Positions 30,095-32,000 of a stretch of 32,000 bases of DNA are shown here, one piece after another (the stretch's first letter is position 1; every line of letters begins with the position of its first letter). A program made the position numbers and the translations under genes. The DNA is from Deinococcus radiodurans R1 = ATCC 13939 = DSM 20539 (GTDB lineage Bacteria; Deinococcota; Deinococci; Deinococcales; Deinococcaceae): the NCBI RefSeq assembly GCF_000008565.1, contig NC_001263.1, positions 1,911,474 to 1,943,473 on the forward strand. Direction: 5' to 3'. The notes under the pieces are model-generated. The model did not search any database, had not been told where the DNA came from, and worked only from the letters and a program-made list of their open reading frames with translations.

Positions 30095-31276
30095 ATGCGC
30101 GTACTTCATACCGCCGATTTCCACGCCGGGCGGTTGCTCAAAGGGTTTGACCGGACGCCCGAAATTCATGACGCCCTCGTTGAGATTGCCGGACTCGCCC
30201 GCACCGAGAGGGCCGACGCGGTGCTCGTCTCGGGCGACCTGTTCGACACCGGCAACCCGTCCGCCGATGCCGAAGCCGCCGTGTTCGACTTTTTTCTGCG
30301 CCTGCGCGACGCGGGCATTCCCGGAGTCGTGATTGCCGGGAACCACGACTCGGCAGCGCGGCTCGACTCGGTGGCGGGCTTGCTCGGCTGGGTGGGCATT
30401 CAGGTGGTGGCGCAGCCGAGCGGCGACCCGCTGGCGATGGTGCGCGAGGTGGCGACGAAATCGGGCGAACGGCTGCGGGTGGGCGCGCTGCCCTACCTCT
30501 CCGAGCGGCGGCTGGTCAAGGCGGTGGACGTACTCGGCGGTGACCTGGGCGCACAGCGGCAGAAATACCGCGAGAACATGGGCTTTTTTCTGCGCGAGCT
30601 GGGCCGGGGCTTCGAGCCGGGGGCCGTCAATATGCTGATGGCCCACACCACGATGGACGGCGCGGTGCCGAGCGGTTCCGAGCGCACCTTTCAGCTCGAC
30701 CTGACCAACGCCTACACCGTTTCGGGCCTGCAACTGCCGCCCGGCGCGCAGTACGTGGCGCTCGGGCACATTCACAAGCCGCAGACCGTGTCCGACGCGC
30801 CGCTCGCCTGCTATCCCGGCAGCGTGATTCAGCTCGATTTCGGCGAGGCGGGCGAGAAAAAACAGATCAACCTGATTGAGGTTGAGGCCGGACGCCCCGC
30901 CCGCGTGGAGGGCATTCCGCTGGCGAGCGGACGTGACCTGCGGACCGTATACGTGGACCTCGACAACGTGGAACGGCGGCTCGGGGAAGTTAAAGCGAGC
31001 GGCTTTACGGGCCTGCTGAAAGTCGTGGTGCGCGCCCCCGCTGGCACCGCCCTGCCGGGGCTCAAGGACCGGGTGCTCAATATCACCCCGAACGCCCTGA
31101 GCGTGGAACTCGACGCGCAGCAAGAAGACCTCGCCGTGCCCGAGCTGCGGCGCGAGGGCCTGACGCTGATGGAGCTGTTCGAGCGCTACTGGCAGGAAAA
31201 ACGCGGCGAGTTGCCCGACGACGTGCGGGCAGCGTTCCAGACCGCCGAGTCGCAGGCGCGGGAGGGCGCGCAGTGA
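30095..31276 (+). CDS. sbcD: exonuclease SbcCD, nuclease subunit D (Mre11-like phosphoesterase)
   Basis: ORF 30026..31276 trimmed to ATG 30095, giving MRVLHTADFHAG. Further phosphoesterase motifs GDLFD, GNHDS, GHIH. 393 aa. Confidence 0.92.
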   Translation: MRVLHTADFHAGRLLKGFDRTPEIHDALVEIAGLARTERADAVLVSGDLFDTGNPSADAEAAVFDFFLRLRDAGIPGVVIAGNHDSAARLDSVAGLLGWVGIQVVAQPSGDPLAMVREVATKSGERLRVGALPYLSERRLVKAVDVLGGDLGAQRQKYRENMGFFLRELGRGFEPGAVNMLMAHTTMDGAVPSGSERTFQLDLTNAYTVSGLQLPPGAQYVALGHIHKPQTVSDAPLACYPGSVIQLDFGEAGEKKQINLIEVEAGRPARVEGIPLASGRDLRTVYVDLDNVERRLGEVKASGFTGLLKVVVRAPAGTALPGLKDRVLNITPNALSVELDAQQEDLAVPELRREGLTLMELFERYWQEKRGELPDDVRAAFQTAESQAREGAQ

Positions 31277-32000
31277 AGCCGCTGCACCTCACCCTGCGCG
31301 GGTTTACCGCCTTCCGGCAGACCACCGACCTCGATTTCGCCGACCTCGAACTGTTCGCGCTCGTCGGGCCGACCGGCAGCGGCAAGTCCAGCCTGCTCGA
31401 TGCGATGACCTTCGCGCTCTACGGGGAGACGGCGCGGCTCGGCGCCACCGGGCTCGACGCGCTGATTTCGCAGGGTGAGCGGACGCTGAGCGTGGCGCTG
31501 ACCTTCGAGGCCGGCGGACAGACCTACCGCGTCACCCGCACGCGCGGGCGCAAACAGGCCGACAACGAGGTGCGACTCGACCGCCTCGACCCCGACGGCG
31601 AATGGACCGGCCTGAGCAGCGGCTCGCAAAAGGACATCGCGCAGCGCATCGAAGACGTGGTGGGGCTGGATTTCGACACCTTCACCCGCTGCGTGATGCT
31701 GCCGCAGGGCCAGTTCGCCGCGCTGCTCCACGGCAAGCCCCGGCAGCGCCAGGAACTGCTCGGCGAGCTGACCGGCATGGGCCGCGTGCAGCAGATGCAG
31801 ACTTTCGCCGCCGACCAGGTGAAGGACTTTAAGCACCAGTCGCAGAGTCTGAGCAGCGTGCTGGCGAGCGAGTACGCCGGGGTGAGCGAAGAAGCCGCCG
31901 CCGCCGTGCGCGCCCAGCGCGAGCAAACCGACGCCGACGCCGAGCGACTCCTCCAGCAGCGCGAGGAATTGCGAACCCAACTGCAACGCTGCGCGAACAG
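31273..32000 (+). CDS. sbcC: exonuclease SbcCD, ATPase subunit C (Rad50-like), 5' part only
   Basis: GTG 31273 overlaps the sbcD stop (GTGA). VKPLHLTLRGFTAFRQ...FALVGPTGSGKSSLLDAMTFALYG (Walker A), then the start of the coiled coil. Frame is open to the window end, so it is absent from the ORF track. Confidence 0.9.
   Translation, partial: MKPLHLTLRGFTAFRQTTDLDFADLELFALVGPTGSGKSSLLDAMTFALYGETARLGATGLDALISQGERTLSVALTFEAGGQTYRVTRTRGRKQADNEVRLDRLDPDGEWTGLSSGSQKDIAQRIEDVVGLDFDTFTRCVMLPQGQFAALLHGKPRQRQELLGELTGMGRVQQMQTFAADQVKDFKHQSQSLSSVLASEYAGVSEEAAAAVRAQREQTDADAERLLQQREELRTQLQRCAN

Overview
High-GC bacterial chromosomal window (about two-thirds G+C by eye) with about 32 protein-coding genes. 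I recognised no rRNA, tRNA, CRISPR array, transposase or phage genes. Gene content and motifs point to a Deinococcus chromosome, very probably D. radiodurans chromosome 1. The cues are a 715-aa RecD2, RDRM operators and many leaderless-type starts; this identification is from memory, not a search. Left to right: exported-protein fragment (-), coaE, cyclophilin lipoprotein (-), Lrp/AsnC regulator (-) divergent from alanine dehydrogenase, a hypothetical, an LEA-like hydrophilic protein (-), rarA. Then a minus-strand run of small hydrophilic protein, DinB-family protein, two exported hypotheticals and recD2. Then DegV, a GntR/LldR-like regulator (-) divergent from an L-lactate permease and lutABC (lutB frameshifted), gluconokinase, a K-channel-like protein, a tyrosine-phosphatase-like protein (-), gyrA, a twice-frameshifted small membrane protein gene, a secreted alpha/beta hydrolase and recG. 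Finally two GNAT acetyltransferases (first compositionally atypical, second frameshifted), a P-loop kinase behind a C10 tract, a small exported protein (-), sbcD and the start of sbcC. Main second-look items: (i) a ~115-nt structured intergenic repeat present three times, with a conserved 14-nt core and outer stems that differ in sequence yet always enclose exactly 47 nt; (ii) RDRM-type (DdrO/IrrE) operators in front of both gyrA and recD2; (iii) five indel-type gene disruptions, compatible with single-base sequencing errors or real decay; (iv) a TANNNT-like hexamer 6-7 nt upstream of about half of the start codons (leaderless mRNAs), which also resolves several start-codon choices; (v) a PdhR/LldR-like palindromic operator abutting the -35 of the lactate permease promoter; (vi) an operator- or attenuator-like palindrome between two terminators downstream of gyrA. 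I did not find a convincing novel multi-gene system such as a defence island. The most novel-looking element is the structured repeat.
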